24,000 nucleotides of DNA, taken from positions 32,049 through 56,048 of the forward strand of contig CAXXDR010000001.1 in NCBI GenBank assembly GCA_963665885.2, read 5' to 3'. Below the pieces are notes generated by a model. That model did not search any database and was not told the origin of the DNA. It saw nothing but the letters and a program-made list of their open reading frames with translations. Source of the stretch: Bacteroidales bacterium (lineage in GTDB: Bacteria > Bacteroidota > Bacteroidia > Bacteroidales > JALOCA01). How positions within the stretch are numbered: position 1 is the first letter of the stretch; each line of letters begins with the position of its first letter. The position numbers were made by a program, and so were the translations under genes. This document shows, piece by piece, positions 15,025 to 24,000 of this stretch.

Positions 15025-16017
15025 TTAATCCTTATCTAATTTATATTTAGCAACATTCATTCCGAATTCAAGATTTTTTGCTCTTACCAACTCTTCTAAT
15101 TCGGTCAGCGATTTTTTGCCAAAGTTGCGAAACTTAAGGAGGTCGGTTTTATTATAGGAAACCAAATCGCCCAATGTTTCAACATCAGCAGCTTTAAGAC
15201 AGTTTAATGCACGAACCGAAAGGTCAAGATCAACCAATTTTGTTTTAAGCAACTGACGAGTATGTAACGAGGTTTCGTCAAATTCATCATTCACTGTCTT
15301 TTCTTCGGTATCGAAAGTAATTTTTTCATCCGAAAACAGCATAAAATGGTGAATAAGAATTTTAGCAGCTTCTTTCAATGCCTCTTTCGGTTGGATAGCG
15401 CCATCTGTGTCTATTTGGATGATAAGTTTTTCATAGTCGGTCTTTTGTTCAACCCTGAAATTTTCGATATGAAAATTAACATTTTTAATAGGAGTGTGTA
15501 TTGAATCAATAGCAATGGTACCTATGGGTGCATTAAGAATTTTATTTTCTTCGGCAGGCACATATCCGCGTCCTTTATCAATGGTGATATCCATGATAAA
15601 TTTAACGTTAGGTTCCAAATTACAAATCAATACTTCAGTATTTAAAACCTGAAATACAGACAAATATTTATTGATATCTCCAGATTTAAATGTATTTTGT
15701 CCACTAATAACAAGATGAACTTTTTCGGAGGTTTCAGTGTCAAGCAGACGTTTGAAACGGATTTGTTTAAGGTTTAAGATTATGTCGGTTACATCCTGAA
15801 CAACTCCCTTCAATGAGGAAAATTCCTGTTCAACTCCTTCAATTTTGATGGATGTAATGGCAAAACCTTCTAAGGATGAAAGCAAAATTCTACGCAGGGC
15901 ATTGCCTATGGTGATTCCAAAACCCGGTTCAAGCGGGCGGAATTCAAATGTGCCAGTGTATTGGTTGGCTTCAATCATAATAACCTTTTCAGGCTTTTGA
16001 AATGCTAAGATTGCCAT
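15025..16017 (-). CDS. rpoA: DNA-directed RNA polymerase alpha subunit
   Basis: The 330-aa ORF contains ...[28 protein letters not shown]... in the N-terminal domain. The alpha-CTD carries [20 protein letters not shown]. Confidence 0.97.
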   Translation of the reverse strand: MAILAFQKPEKVIMIEANQYTGTFEFRPLEPGFGITIGNALRRILLSSLEGFAITSIKIEGVEQEFSSLKGVVQDVTDIILNLKQIRFKRLLDTETSEKVHLVISGQNTFKSGDINKYLSVFQVLNTEVLICNLEPNVKFIMDITIDKGRGYVPAEENKILNAPIGTIAIDSIHTPIKNVNFHIENFRVEQKTDYEKLIIQIDTDGAIQPKEALKEAAKILIHHFMLFSDEKITFDTEEKTVNDEFDETSLHTRQLLKTKLVDLDLSVRALNCLKAADVETLGDLVSYNKTDLLKFRNFGKKSLTELEELVRAKNLEFGMNVAKYKLDKD

Positions 16018-16068
16018 ATTTTTTCCTCTTTATTGTTAAAGTAATATCGGTTGACTATGTAAGAAGTA

Positions 16069-16674
16069 TTATTTAGAATACAACTCGACGATAAGTTGTT
16101 CTTTGATATTTTCGGGAATATCCTGCCTATCGGGATAATTAACAAATTTACCCTGCATAGTAGCTTCGTCCCACTCCAACCATGAATAACTTTTAGCATT
16201 TGATGCCAAAGAATTAACAATAGCTTCGAGTGATTTTGATTTTTCGCGAACTCCAACTAATTGTCCTGGTTTTAATTCGTAAGAAGGCACATTGACAGTA
16301 CTACCGTTAACGGTAATATGACAATGGGAGACCAACTGACGCGCTCCACTACGTGTGGGAGCAATACCTAAACGATAGACTACATTATCAAGCCTTGATT
16401 CGATAAGTTGAAGCAAAATTTCACCGGTAATTCCTTTTTTGCGTGATGCATTATGGAATATATTCTTAAACTGACGTTCAAGTATGCCATAAGTGTATTT
16501 TGCTTTTTGTTTTTCCTGAAGCTGAGTTCCATATTCGGATGTTTTTTTCCGGCGTTTGGAGGATCCGTGCATTCCCGGAGGATAATTTTTCTTTTCGTAA
16601 GCCTTGTCGGGACCGAAAATTGGGTCTTTAAATTTACGAGCGATCTTGCTTTTAGGGCCAGTATATCTTGCCAT
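16069..16674 (-). CDS. rpsD: 30S ribosomal protein S4
   Basis: The ORF reads [15 protein letters not shown]...[18 protein letters not shown]...[24 protein letters not shown]. Confidence 0.97.
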   Translation of the reverse strand: MARYTGPKSKIARKFKDPIFGPDKAYEKKNYPPGMHGSSKRRKKTSEYGTQLQEKQKAKYTYGILERQFKNIFHNASRKKGITGEILLQLIESRLDNVVYRLGIAPTRSGARQLVSHCHITVNGSTVNVPSYELKPGQLVGVREKSKSLEAIVNSLASNAKSYSWLEWDEATMQGKFVNYPDRQDIPENIKEQLIVELYSK

Positions 16675-16770
16675 TTTTACTTTTATTTATGATTTACAAT
16701 TTATGTTTTTCGATTTATGTTTCGAGGTTAATTTTAACAATTAATCTGAAATCAAAAATCTGAAATTCTA

Positions 16771-17160
16771 TTAAACTCTTCTGCGTTTTGGTGGACGGCA
16801 ACCATTATGTGGCAATGGTGTAACGTCAACGATTTCCGTAACTTCGATTCCGGCTGTATGCAATGTGCGTATAGCTGATTCACGACCTGCACCGGGTCCT
16901 TTTACAAATACTTTTACTTTGCGCAATCCCGAATCAAAGGCTGGTTTTGCACAATCCTGAGCTGCCATTTGAGCGGCATAGGGAGTATTCTTTTTTGAAC
17001 CTTTAAAGCCCATTTTACCAGCCGATGCCCAAGAGATAACTTGTCCGGCATTGTTGGTAAGCGAAATGATGATGTTATTAAACGAAGCAAAAATAAACGC
17101 CTTACCAATGGGGTCAACTTTTACAATTCTCTTTTTGGATGTTTTTGCAGTTTTTGCCAT
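16771..17160 (-). CDS. rpsK: 30S ribosomal protein S11
   Basis: The ORF contains ...[44 protein letters not shown]...[18 protein letters not shown]. Confidence 0.97.
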   Translation of the reverse strand: MAKTAKTSKKRIVKVDPIGKAFIFASFNNIIISLTNNAGQVISWASAGKMGFKGSKKNTPYAAQMAAQDCAKPAFDSGLRKVKVFVKGPGAGRESAIRTLHTAGIEVTEIVDVTPLPHNGCRPPKRRRV

Positions 17161-17197
17161 ATTATAATTATTTCCTTTTCTAAAATAAAATCAACTA

Positions 17198-17581
17198 TTA
17201 ACCTTTGCTGGCTGCTTTTTTCTTATTAGCAACGGTCTTTTTCTTACCTTTACGGGTACGGGCATTATTTTTTGTACTTTGTCCTCTGCAAGGCAAGCCT
17301 AAACGGTGGCGTATACCACGATAGCAACCAATATCCATTAATCGTTTGATGTTCATTTGAACTTCCGAACGCAAGGCTCCTTCGACTTTGTAACTGTCGT
17401 TAATGATAGTACGGATTTTATTTTGTTCATCGTCATCCCAATCCTGTACTTTTTTATTCCAGTCAACACCGGCAGATGTAAGAATTTTTTGAGCAGTGCT
17501 TCTTCCTATACCAAAGATATAGGTTAGTCCTATTTCGCCTCTTTTGTTTTTTGGTAAATCAATACCTGAAATACGTGCCAT
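17198..17581 (-). CDS. rpsM: 30S ribosomal protein S13
   Basis: The ORF reads [34 protein letters not shown]...[27 protein letters not shown]. Confidence 0.97.
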   Translation of the reverse strand: MARISGIDLPKNKRGEIGLTYIFGIGRSTAQKILTSAGVDWNKKVQDWDDDEQNKIRTIINDSYKVEGALRSEVQMNIKRLMDIGCYRGIRHRLGLPCRGQSTKNNARTRKGKKKTVANKKKAASKG

Positions 17582-17620
17582 ATATAGTAATAAATTATAA
17601 ATTCTTTAATATAAATATTT

Positions 17621-17737
17621 TTAGCCCTGTCTTTGTTTAAATTTTGGATTCTTTTTGTTTATTACAAACAATACTCCATGCCTTCTCACTATTTTGCAGT
17701 CCGGCGTACGTTTCTTTATAGAAGTTCTTACTTTCAT
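17621..17737 (-). CDS. rpmJ: 50S ribosomal protein L36 (single-Cys, zinc-free type). It is below the ORF-track size cut-off.
   Basis: Manual translation from the ATG at 17737 gives [38 protein letters not shown] followed by TAA at 17621-17623. It sits between infA and rpsM as expected. Confidence 0.93.
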   Translation of the reverse strand: MKVRTSIKKRTPDCKIVRRHGVLFVINKKNPKFKQRQG

Positions 17738-17779
17738 TTGTTTAGTTGTATTTATCGGTTTACTTCTGTATAAAATTTG

Positions 17780-17998
17780 TTATTTGTATCTAAATATTAT
17801 TCTCCCTTTTGATAAATCGTAAGGCGACATTTCCAACTTTACTCTGTCGCCAGGTAAAATTTTAATATAATGCATTCGCATTTTGCCGGAAATATGGGCT
17901 GTAATAACATGTCCGTTTTCGAGTTCAACACGAAACATGGCATTACCAAGAGATTCGATAACGGTTCCATCTTGTTCAATAGATGTTTGTTTTGCCAT
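17780..17998 (-). CDS. infA: Translation initiation factor IF-1
   Basis: The 72-aa ORF contains ...[63 protein letters not shown]. Confidence 0.97.
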   Translation of the reverse strand: MAKQTSIEQDGTVIESLGNAMFRVELENGHVITAHISGKMRMHYIKILPGDRVKLEMSPYDLSKGRIIFRYK

Positions 17999-18001
17999 TT
18001 T

Positions 18002-18784
18002 TTATATAGTTGAATTTGATAATACTTCCTCAATAAAAGTAAAACTCGATAATATTTCTGCCTTTTCTTTACGGATAGCTACTTCATGTTCAAAATGAGC
18101 CGATGGCATGCCATCTCTCGTCCGAATAGTCCAGCCGTCTCTTCCCTGATTCACCTGTTTTTTACCTAAATTAATCATGGGTTCAATACAGATGACCATA
18201 CCCTGCTGAAGTTTTATACCGGTACCACGTTTGCCATAGTTGGGAACTTCAGGTTCTTCATGCATATGTGTTCCTATGCCATGACCAACCAAATCTCTGA
18301 CAACAGAGTAACCGAATGACTCAACATATTGTTGAATTTCATAACCGATATCGCCTATTCGTTTGCCTTCTACCGCCACTGCTATTCCTTTGTAAAGCGA
18401 TTCTTTGGTTCGTAAAAGAAGATTTTTAAGTTCATCCGTAATTTGTCCTACTGGGAATGTATATGCAGAATCGCCATAAAAACCATTTTTACAGGTTCCG
18501 CAATCAACGGAAATAATATCACCTTCTTTTAGTGCCCGTTTCCCGGGTATTCCATGAACCACTTCTTCATTAATTGAAATACATAAAGTGGCGGGATAGT
18601 CGTTGTAGCCTTTAAACCCCGGCACTGCACCATTGTCTCTGATAAATTGCTCGGCAATTTTATCCAATTCAATGGTTTTTACACCTGGTTTAATATATTT
18701 GGCAACTTCAGCCAAGGTTTTTCCAACAAGTAAAGAACTTTCCCGAATTAATTCTATCTGTTCGTCAGATTTATAACTAATCAT
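18002..18784 (-). CDS. map: Type I methionine aminopeptidase
   Basis: The 260-aa ORF contains ...CISINEEVVHGIP...GDIISVDCG...GFYGDSAYTF...GHGIGTHMHEEPEVPNYG...VICIEPM...AHFEHEV, which covers the metal-ligand motifs. Confidence 0.96.
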   Translation of the reverse strand: MISYKSDEQIELIRESSLLVGKTLAEVAKYIKPGVKTIELDKIAEQFIRDNGAVPGFKGYNDYPATLCISINEEVVHGIPGKRALKEGDIISVDCGTCKNGFYGDSAYTFPVGQITDELKNLLLRTKESLYKGIAVAVEGKRIGDIGYEIQQYVESFGYSVVRDLVGHGIGTHMHEEPEVPNYGKRGTGIKLQQGMVICIEPMINLGKKQVNQGRDGWTIRTRDGMPSAHFEHEVAIRKEKAEILSSFTFIEEVLSNSTI

Positions 18785-18807
18785 TTTTAAAATTTAATAA
18801 CATACAG

Positions 18808-20169
18808 CTACATACCGTAAGCTGCAGAAGAGCGTCCTTTGATTCTTCCCGATTTGGTCAATCCTTCATAATGACGCATTAAAAGGTGGCTTTCGATTTG
18901 TTGCAAAGTGTCTAATATTACTCCAACTAAAATCAATAAAGATGTTCCACCATAAAACTGTGCAAATTGTGTATTCACCCCTATTAAACGAATAAATGCT
19001 GGCATAATAGCTACAAAAGCAAGGAAAAAAGAGCCAGGCAAAGTAATACGCGACATCACATTGTCAATAAAATCTGCTGTTTTACGACCAGGTTTGATAC
19101 CAGGAATAAAACCTCCGTTTTTCTTCATATCTTCAGCCATCTGATTGGGATTAACTGTAATAGCTGTATAAAAATACGTAAATAATATAATCAGAATGGC
19201 ATACACAAAGTTATACCAAAAACTATTAATATCAGTAAATGTAGCCGCAACACCAGACAGACTTTCCGATTTAGCAAATCCTGCTAACGTAAGAGGAAGG
19301 AACATAATAGCCTGAGCAAAAATGATAGGCATAACTCCTGCAGCATTAACTTTCAAAGGAATATATTGTCTAACTCCACCGTATTGTTTGTTGCCAACAA
19401 TTCGTTTGGCATATTGTACGGGAATTTTCCGTGTGCCTTGTACGAGTAGTATACATAATAGAATTACAATAACCAATGCAGCAAGTTCCACAACGAATAT
19501 TACCAATCCGCCGCCTTTTTCTTCCATACGAGACACAAATTCACCAAAGAGTGCAAAGGGCAAACGAGCAATAATTCCTATCATAATGATTAATGATATA
19601 CCATTACCAATTCCTTTATCTGTAATTTTTTCACCTAACCACATAACAAACATCGTTCCTGAAACGAGAATGACGATGGAAGAAATCCAAAAGAATGTAG
19701 TAGGGGAAGTAATATTGGGATCAAAAGGAGAAATAGCCTGAGGAGGCAATTTGGAAATCAAATTAGCAATATAAGCCGGAGCTTGTAATCCGGTAATAAG
19801 AACGGTAAGATAACGGGTAATTTGATTAATCTTTTTTCTACCACTTTCGCCCTCTTTCTGAAGCTTTTGAAAATAAGGTATAGCCATTCCCAATAATTGG
19901 ATGACAATAGAAGCAGAAATGTAAGGCATAATTCCCAAGGCAAAAATGGATGCATTGGAAAATGCACCACCTGAAAACATATTAAGCAAGCCAAGCAAAC
20001 CACCTTTGGTTTGATTTTGCAAACCAGCAAGTTGACTGGGATCAATGCCTGGAAGTACTACGTAAGCTCCAAGACGATAGATAAGAACAATACCTATCGT
20101 AAATAAAATTCGTTTACGAAGTTCTTCGATTTTATAGATGTTCCTAATTGTCTGTATAAATCTTTTCAT
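18808..20169 (-). CDS. secY: Preprotein translocase subunit SecY
   Basis: This 453-aa multi-pass membrane protein contains ...FALGIMPYISASIVIQLL... and lies between rplO and map. Confidence 0.97.
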   Translation of the reverse strand: MKRFIQTIRNIYKIEELRKRILFTIGIVLIYRLGAYVVLPGIDPSQLAGLQNQTKGGLLGLLNMFSGGAFSNASIFALGIMPYISASIVIQLLGMAIPYFQKLQKEGESGRKKINQITRYLTVLITGLQAPAYIANLISKLPPQAISPFDPNITSPTTFFWISSIVILVSGTMFVMWLGEKITDKGIGNGISLIIMIGIIARLPFALFGEFVSRMEEKGGGLVIFVVELAALVIVILLCILLVQGTRKIPVQYAKRIVGNKQYGGVRQYIPLKVNAAGVMPIIFAQAIMFLPLTLAGFAKSESLSGVAATFTDINSFWYNFVYAILIILFTYFYTAITVNPNQMAEDMKKNGGFIPGIKPGRKTADFIDNVMSRITLPGSFFLAFVAIMPAFIRLIGVNTQFAQFYGGTSLLILVGVILDTLQQIESHLLMRHYEGLTKSGRIKGRSSAAYGM

Positions 20170-20174
20170 TAAAC

Positions 20175-20621
20175 TTAGATTTTTGTGGCTACACCACCGT
20201 TGGACTCAATTGCTAATATTGCTGATTTTGAAAATGAGTGAGCATTTACTTCCAATTTTGCAGTTAGTTTTCCTCTACCCAATATTTTAACATGATCGTT
20301 TTTTGAAACAAGTCCGTTTTCAATCAAAATGTCAACATTGATAGCTGTAAAACCTTTGGATTCTGCTAATTTTTGTAAAGTGTCAAGGTTAATACCATGA
20401 AATTCTTTACGATTAATATTTTTGAATCCCGATTTTGGTAAACGACGGTAAATCGGCATCTGCCCACCTTCGAATCCAATTTTACGGCTATAACCTGAAC
20501 GGGATTGAGCGCCTTTATTTCCACGTGTGGAAGTACCGCCTCTACCTGAGCCTTGCCCACGACCTATTCGTTTAACTTTTTTTGTTGAACCTGCTGCCGG
20601 TTTAAGATTACTTAAATCCAT
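20175..20621 (-). CDS. rplO: 50S ribosomal protein L15
   Basis: The ORF reads MDLSNLKPAAGSTKKVKRIGRGQGSGRGGTSTRGNKGAQSRSG. Confidence 0.97.
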   Translation of the reverse strand: MDLSNLKPAAGSTKKVKRIGRGQGSGRGGTSTRGNKGAQSRSGYSRKIGFEGGQMPIYRRLPKSGFKNINRKEFHGINLDTLQKLAESKGFTAINVDILIENGLVSKNDHVKILGRGKLTAKLEVNAHSFSKSAILAIESNGGVATKI

Positions 20622-20644
20622 ATCTTTTTTATTATGCGAGTTAA

Positions 20645-20824
20645 TTATATTTCTTCTACTGATAATAAATGCTGAATTTTATTCACCATACCTTCAATTT
20701 GGGGAGTAGCTTCCAATTCAACGGTATATTGCATTTTTTTAATACCTAAAGCTTCTAACGTACGTTTTTGACGTAAAGGCTTATGTATGGCACTTTTTAT
20801 CTGTGTTATTCGTAATTTTTTCAT
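20645..20824 (-). CDS. rpmD: 50S ribosomal protein L30 (59 aa, below the ORF-track cut-off)
   Basis: Manual translation from the ATG at 20824 gives MKKLRITQIKSAIHKPLRQKRTLEALGIKKMQYTVELEATPQIEGMVNKIQHLLSVEEI followed by TAA at 20645-20647. It sits between rpsE and rplO. Confidence 0.92.
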   Translation of the reverse strand: MKKLRITQIKSAIHKPLRQKRTLEALGIKKMQYTVELEATPQIEGMVNKIQHLLSVEEI

Positions 20825-20852
20825 TGATAAGCTATTTTAAAGCGATATAAGA

Positions 20853-21371
20853 TTATCCATTAAATACTTTACTTAATTCAATTCCGCGAATTTGTGCTAT
20901 GGTATAGGGGTCGCGCATTTGTAAAAGGGCATTGATAGTTGCTTTTACTACGCTGTGCGGGTTGGACGAACCTTTAGATTTAGCAAGTACATCTCTAACG
21001 CCAACGCTTTCCAATACGGCACGCATAGCACCACCTGCGATTACACCGGTTCCCGGAGCAGCTGGTTTTAAAAATACAAGAGCGCCGCTATACTTTCCGG
21101 TTTGTTCGTGGGGAATAGTTCCTTTGAGAATGGGTACCTTAATAAGATTTTTCTTGGCATCATCAATGCCTTTGGCAATAGCTGCAGTTACTTCTTTTGC
21201 TTTTCCAAGACCATAACCTACCACACCACTTTCATTTCCAACAACTACGATGGCTGAGAAGCTAAAAGTTCTACCCCCTTTTGTAACTTTGGTAACTCTT
21301 TGGATGCTTACAAGTTTATCCTTGAATTCTATCTCGCTCGATTTTACTCTTTTAACGTTTAAGTTTGGCAT
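20853..21371 (-). CDS. rpsE: 30S ribosomal protein S5
   Basis: The ORF contains ...[45 protein letters not shown]. Confidence 0.97.
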   Translation of the reverse strand: MPNLNVKRVKSSEIEFKDKLVSIQRVTKVTKGGRTFSFSAIVVVGNESGVVGYGLGKAKEVTAAIAKGIDDAKKNLIKVPILKGTIPHEQTGKYSGALVFLKPAAPGTGVIAGGAMRAVLESVGVRDVLAKSKGSSNPHSVVKATINALLQMRDPYTIAQIRGIELSKVFNG

Positions 21372-21376
21372 AAGTT

Positions 21377-21736
21377 TTAAAATTTAAGGCCACCTTCGCG
21401 GGCAGCTTCAGCTAAGGATTTAATTCTACCATGATATAAATAACCATTACGATCGAAAACGACATTGTCAATACCAGCTTCTTTAGCTTTTTCGGCTATT
21501 AAAAGGCCAACTAATTTAGCTTGTTCGATCTTGGTAATTTTTTGAGATGCAATATCAGCAATGTGAGAGGATGCTGAAGCTAACGTTGCCCCTTTAGAAT
21601 CGTCCACCACCTGTGCATAGATTTGCTTATTGCTTCTGAACACCGTTAATCTGGGTGTTTCTGTTGTTCCTTTAACAACTTTACGGATTCGTTGTTTAAT
21701 CCTGTATCGTCTATATTCTTTTGTCTTTTTCATCAC
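21377..21736 (-). CDS. rplR: 50S ribosomal protein L18
   Basis: The ORF contains ...[29 protein letters not shown]...[28 protein letters not shown]. The start could be either of the two leading Met codons. Confidence 0.96.
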   Translation of the reverse strand: MMKKTKEYRRYRIKQRIRKVVKGTTETPRLTVFRSNKQIYAQVVDDSKGATLASASSHIADIASQKITKIEQAKLVGLLIAEKAKEAGIDNVVFDRNGYLYHGRIKSLAEAAREGGLKF

Positions 21737-21739
21737 CGA

Positions 21740-22297
21740 TTATTTTTCGCTTGCTGATTTACCAGCTTTTTTCTTAATAACTTCATCAATAAATTTGATA
21801 CCTTTACCTTTGTATGGTTCGGGTTTACGAAGTGAACGTATTTTGGCTGCTACTTGTCCTATAAGTTGTTTATCCGTTGATTGCAAAGTAATTATAGGAT
21901 TTTTACCTCTTTCAGTAACTGCTGTGGCTTTTACTTCGGGAGGTAATTCAAAAATGATGTTATGTGAGTAACCCAAAGCGAATTCAAGTATTTGTTCAGT
22001 TGCAGTAACTTTATAACCAACTCCAACCAATTCCTGAACGGTTTTAAAACCTTCAGAAACGCCTTTTACCATATTGGCAATCAATGAACGGTATAAACCA
22101 TGAAAAGCTTTATGTTGCTTATCATCCGAAGGACGTTCAACGATAAGATCAGAACCTTCTATTTTTAACGTAATACTTGGATCAACAGCTTGACTGAGTT
22201 CTCCTAATTTTCCTTTTACCGTTACCAGGTTTTCATCAGAAACCGTTATCTGCACTCCCTGAGGAATATGAATGGGTAGTTTTCCTATTCTTGACAT
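21740..22297 (-). CDS. rplF: 50S ribosomal protein L6
   Basis: The ORF reads MSRIGKLPIHIPQGVQITVSDENLVTVKGKLGEL...EPYKGKGIKF. Confidence 0.97.
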   Translation of the reverse strand: MSRIGKLPIHIPQGVQITVSDENLVTVKGKLGELSQAVDPSITLKIEGSDLIVERPSDDKQHKAFHGLYRSLIANMVKGVSEGFKTVQELVGVGYKVTATEQILEFALGYSHNIIFELPPEVKATAVTERGKNPIITLQSTDKQLIGQVAAKIRSLRKPEPYKGKGIKFIDEVIKKKAGKSASEK

Positions 22298-22315
22298 GTT
22301 AATAATTCTCCTGTT

Positions 22316-22714
22316 TTAACTAATGTAACAAATTACTTCACCGCCAATTTTGTGTTGACGAGCTTCTTTATCGGTCATTAAACCGTGTGAAGTGGATAAG
22401 ATGGCAATGCCTAATCCATTTAATACTCGTGGTATATTATCGCTATCAACATATTTTCTCAAACCGGGCTTGCTTATTCTGTCAAGTTGAATGATTGCAG
22501 GAAGCTTTGTTACCGGGTGATATTTTAATGCAATTTTGATGATACTGGGTTTGGTTTCTTCTTCAAATTTATAGTTTAGGATATAACCTTTTTCAAAAAG
22601 AATTTTGGTTATTTCTTTTTTCATCCTTGAAGAAGGTATTTCAACAATACGGTGGTTTGCCATAACGGCGTTCCGTACTCTTGTTAAATAATCTGCAATG
22701 GGATCAGTAACCAT
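22316..22714 (-). CDS. rpsH: 30S ribosomal protein S8
   Basis: The ORF reads [29 protein letters not shown]...[30 protein letters not shown]. Confidence 0.97.
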   Translation of the reverse strand: MVTDPIADYLTRVRNAVMANHRIVEIPSSRMKKEITKILFEKGYILNYKFEEETKPSIIKIALKYHPVTKLPAIIQLDRISKPGLRKYVDSDNIPRVLNGLGIAILSTSHGLMTDKEARQHKIGGEVICYIS

Positions 22715-22749
22715 GATTTATTTTATATTATATTATGAATTTCAATTTA

Positions 22750-23019
22750 TTACCAACTTGCTTTACGAACTCCGGGTATCAAACCATTTAGAGCCATTTC
22801 CCTGAAATTGATGCGGGAAATTCCAAATTGGCGCATATATCCTTTGGGTCTGCCGGTAAGTTTACATCTGTTGTGCAAACGTACTGGACACGAATTTTTG
22901 GGTAATTTCTGCAACCCGATATAGTCTCCGGCAGCTTTTAGTTCAGCTCTTTTGGTAGCGTATTTTGCAACCAATCGTTCTCTTTTTACTTCTCTTGCTT
23001 TTATTGACTCTTTTGCCAT
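22750..23019 (-). CDS. rpsN: 30S ribosomal protein S14 (long, non-zinc form). The start is trimmed to the ATG at 23019, giving 89 aa.
   Basis: The ORF reads [29 protein letters not shown]...[43 protein letters not shown]. The 18-codon upstream extension in the track ORF would overlap the 3' end of rplE and has no S14 character. Confidence 0.93.
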   Translation of the reverse strand: MAKESIKAREVKRERLVAKYATKRAELKAAGDYIGLQKLPKNSCPVRLHNRCKLTGRPKGYMRQFGISRINFREMALNGLIPGVRKASW

Positions 23020-23021
23020 GT

Positions 23022-23576
23022 TTATTTTTGATTTTTGAATGGTAATCCAAATTCTTTTAATAAAGCCAAACATTCTTTATCGGTTTTGGCGGAAGTTACA
23101 AAAGTAATGTCCATCCCGTTTATTTTCGTTACCTGATCCATATTGATTTCGGGGAAAATAATTTGTTCGGGTATGCCTAACGTGTAATTTCCTTTTCCAT
23201 CAAACCCTTTTTCATTGATGCCTCTAAAGTCGCGGATACGTGGCAAAGCTACAGCTACTAATCTGTCGAGAAATTCGTACATTTGATTGCTTCTGAGGGT
23301 AACCCTGACTCCGATGGGCATACCTTTACGAAGTTTAAAGTTTGATATATCTTTTCTTGATTTGGTTGCCACGGCTTTTTGTCCGGAAATGGCTGTCATT
23401 TCGTTAACGGCAGTGTCAATCATTTTTTTATCAGCAATAGCAGTTCCTAAGCCCTGATTAAGTGATATTTTCACCAAATGTGGAACTTCCATATTGTTTT
23501 TGTATTCAAACTGCTTCTTTAAAGCAGGAATTACTTCCTTATCATATTTGTCTTTAAATCTTGGCGAATAACTCAT
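23022..23576 (-). CDS. rplE: 50S ribosomal protein L5
   Basis: The ORF contains ...[39 protein letters not shown]...[10 protein letters not shown]...MYEFLDRL. Confidence 0.97.
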   Translation of the reverse strand: MSYSPRFKDKYDKEVIPALKKQFEYKNNMEVPHLVKISLNQGLGTAIADKKMIDTAVNEMTAISGQKAVATKSRKDISNFKLRKGMPIGVRVTLRSNQMYEFLDRLVAVALPRIRDFRGINEKGFDGKGNYTLGIPEQIIFPEINMDQVTKINGMDITFVTSAKTDKECLALLKEFGLPFKNQK

Positions 23577-23598
23577 TACTCAATGCCTCCCCTCATTA

Positions 23599-23901
23599 TT
23601 ATTTAGTTGTAGGTTCTGATTTCTTACTCTTGGTTTCGGTTGATTGTTTTTCGGTTTTGCTGATTTTAGCACCACCTTCAACCTTTTTTAAATTGGAAAT
23701 GTGTATAGAGGATTCTTTTTTTACTATACCACCCTTAGGAGTTTTCGTATTGGGTTTAGTGTGTTTTGAAACCATATTGATACCTTCAACAATAGCTCGT
23801 TGTTTTTCAACAAAAACATCCAGCACTCTGCCCTGTTTTCCTTTAGAATCTCCGGCAATTACGTAAGCGTTATCGCCTTTTTTTATATGTAACTTGCTCA
23901 T
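23599..23901 (-). CDS. rplX: 50S ribosomal protein L24
   Basis: The N-terminus [29 protein letters not shown]... is a KOW motif. The gene sits between rplN and rplE. Confidence 0.96.
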   Translation of the reverse strand: MSKLHIKKGDNAYVIAGDSKGKQGRVLDVFVEKQRAIVEGINMVSKHTKPNTKTPKGGIVKKESSIHISNLKKVEGGAKISKTEKQSTETKSKKSEPTTK

Positions 23902-23922
23902 AGTTTTATATCCTTTGCTTCA

Positions 23923-24000
23923 TTAAAGCACTTCGGGTGCCAAAGAAATAATTTTCATAAATTGTTTTTCTCTAAGTTCGCGGGCAACGGGTCCAAAAAT
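23923..24000 (-). CDS. rplN: 50S ribosomal protein L14, C-terminal 25 codons only (5' end beyond the window)
   Basis: The reverse complement of 23923-24000 reads IFGPVARELREKQFMKIISLAPEVL followed by TAA at 23923-23925. This is the conserved L14 C-terminus. Confidence 0.9.
   Translation of the reverse strand: MFGPVARELREKQFMKIISLAPEVL

Overview
The window looks like a Bacteroidota-type chromosomal segment. Supporting this are a spc/alpha ribosomal operon without adk, a zinc-free L36, TAnnTTTG -7 boxes, and TPR-LuxR and CarboxypepD_reg-type proteins. Positions 13079-24000 (- strand) are housekeeping genes: eno, then rplQ-rpoA-rpsD-rpsK-rpsM-rpmJ-infA-map-secY-rplO-rpmD-rpsE-rplR-rplF-rpsH-rpsN-rplE-rplX-rplN(partial). 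The accessory half (1-13000) contains five main elements. (i) A giant secreted-protein gene (1-3668, -) is missing from the ORF track because it runs off the window. It has a signal peptide, seven SDGGY-type propeller-like repeats and at least 4.5 near-identical 495-bp (165-aa) tandem modules. (ii) A transmembrane TPR / LuxR-HTH regulator lies directly upstream of it, followed by a MarC-family membrane protein. (iii) A roughly 1-kb gene-free island holds four unrelated repeat classes: ~25-bp repeats, a GC-rich perfect palindrome, 9-bp microsatellite blocks, and nine exactly phased 21-bp units next to an AT-rich tract. (iv) An orphan 309-aa protein with a C-terminal CarboxypepD_reg-like domain and no signal peptide is followed by a RelE/ParE toxin-antitoxin pair. 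(v) A 972-aa exported protein appears to fuse an HExxH gluzincin-like domain and a TolB-like propeller to an Omp85-like C-terminal barrel, followed by a PNPOx/Nim-like flavoprotein. No rRNA, tRNA, CRISPR array, transposase or integrase was recognised. All calls come from reading the sequence by eye, and no searches were run.
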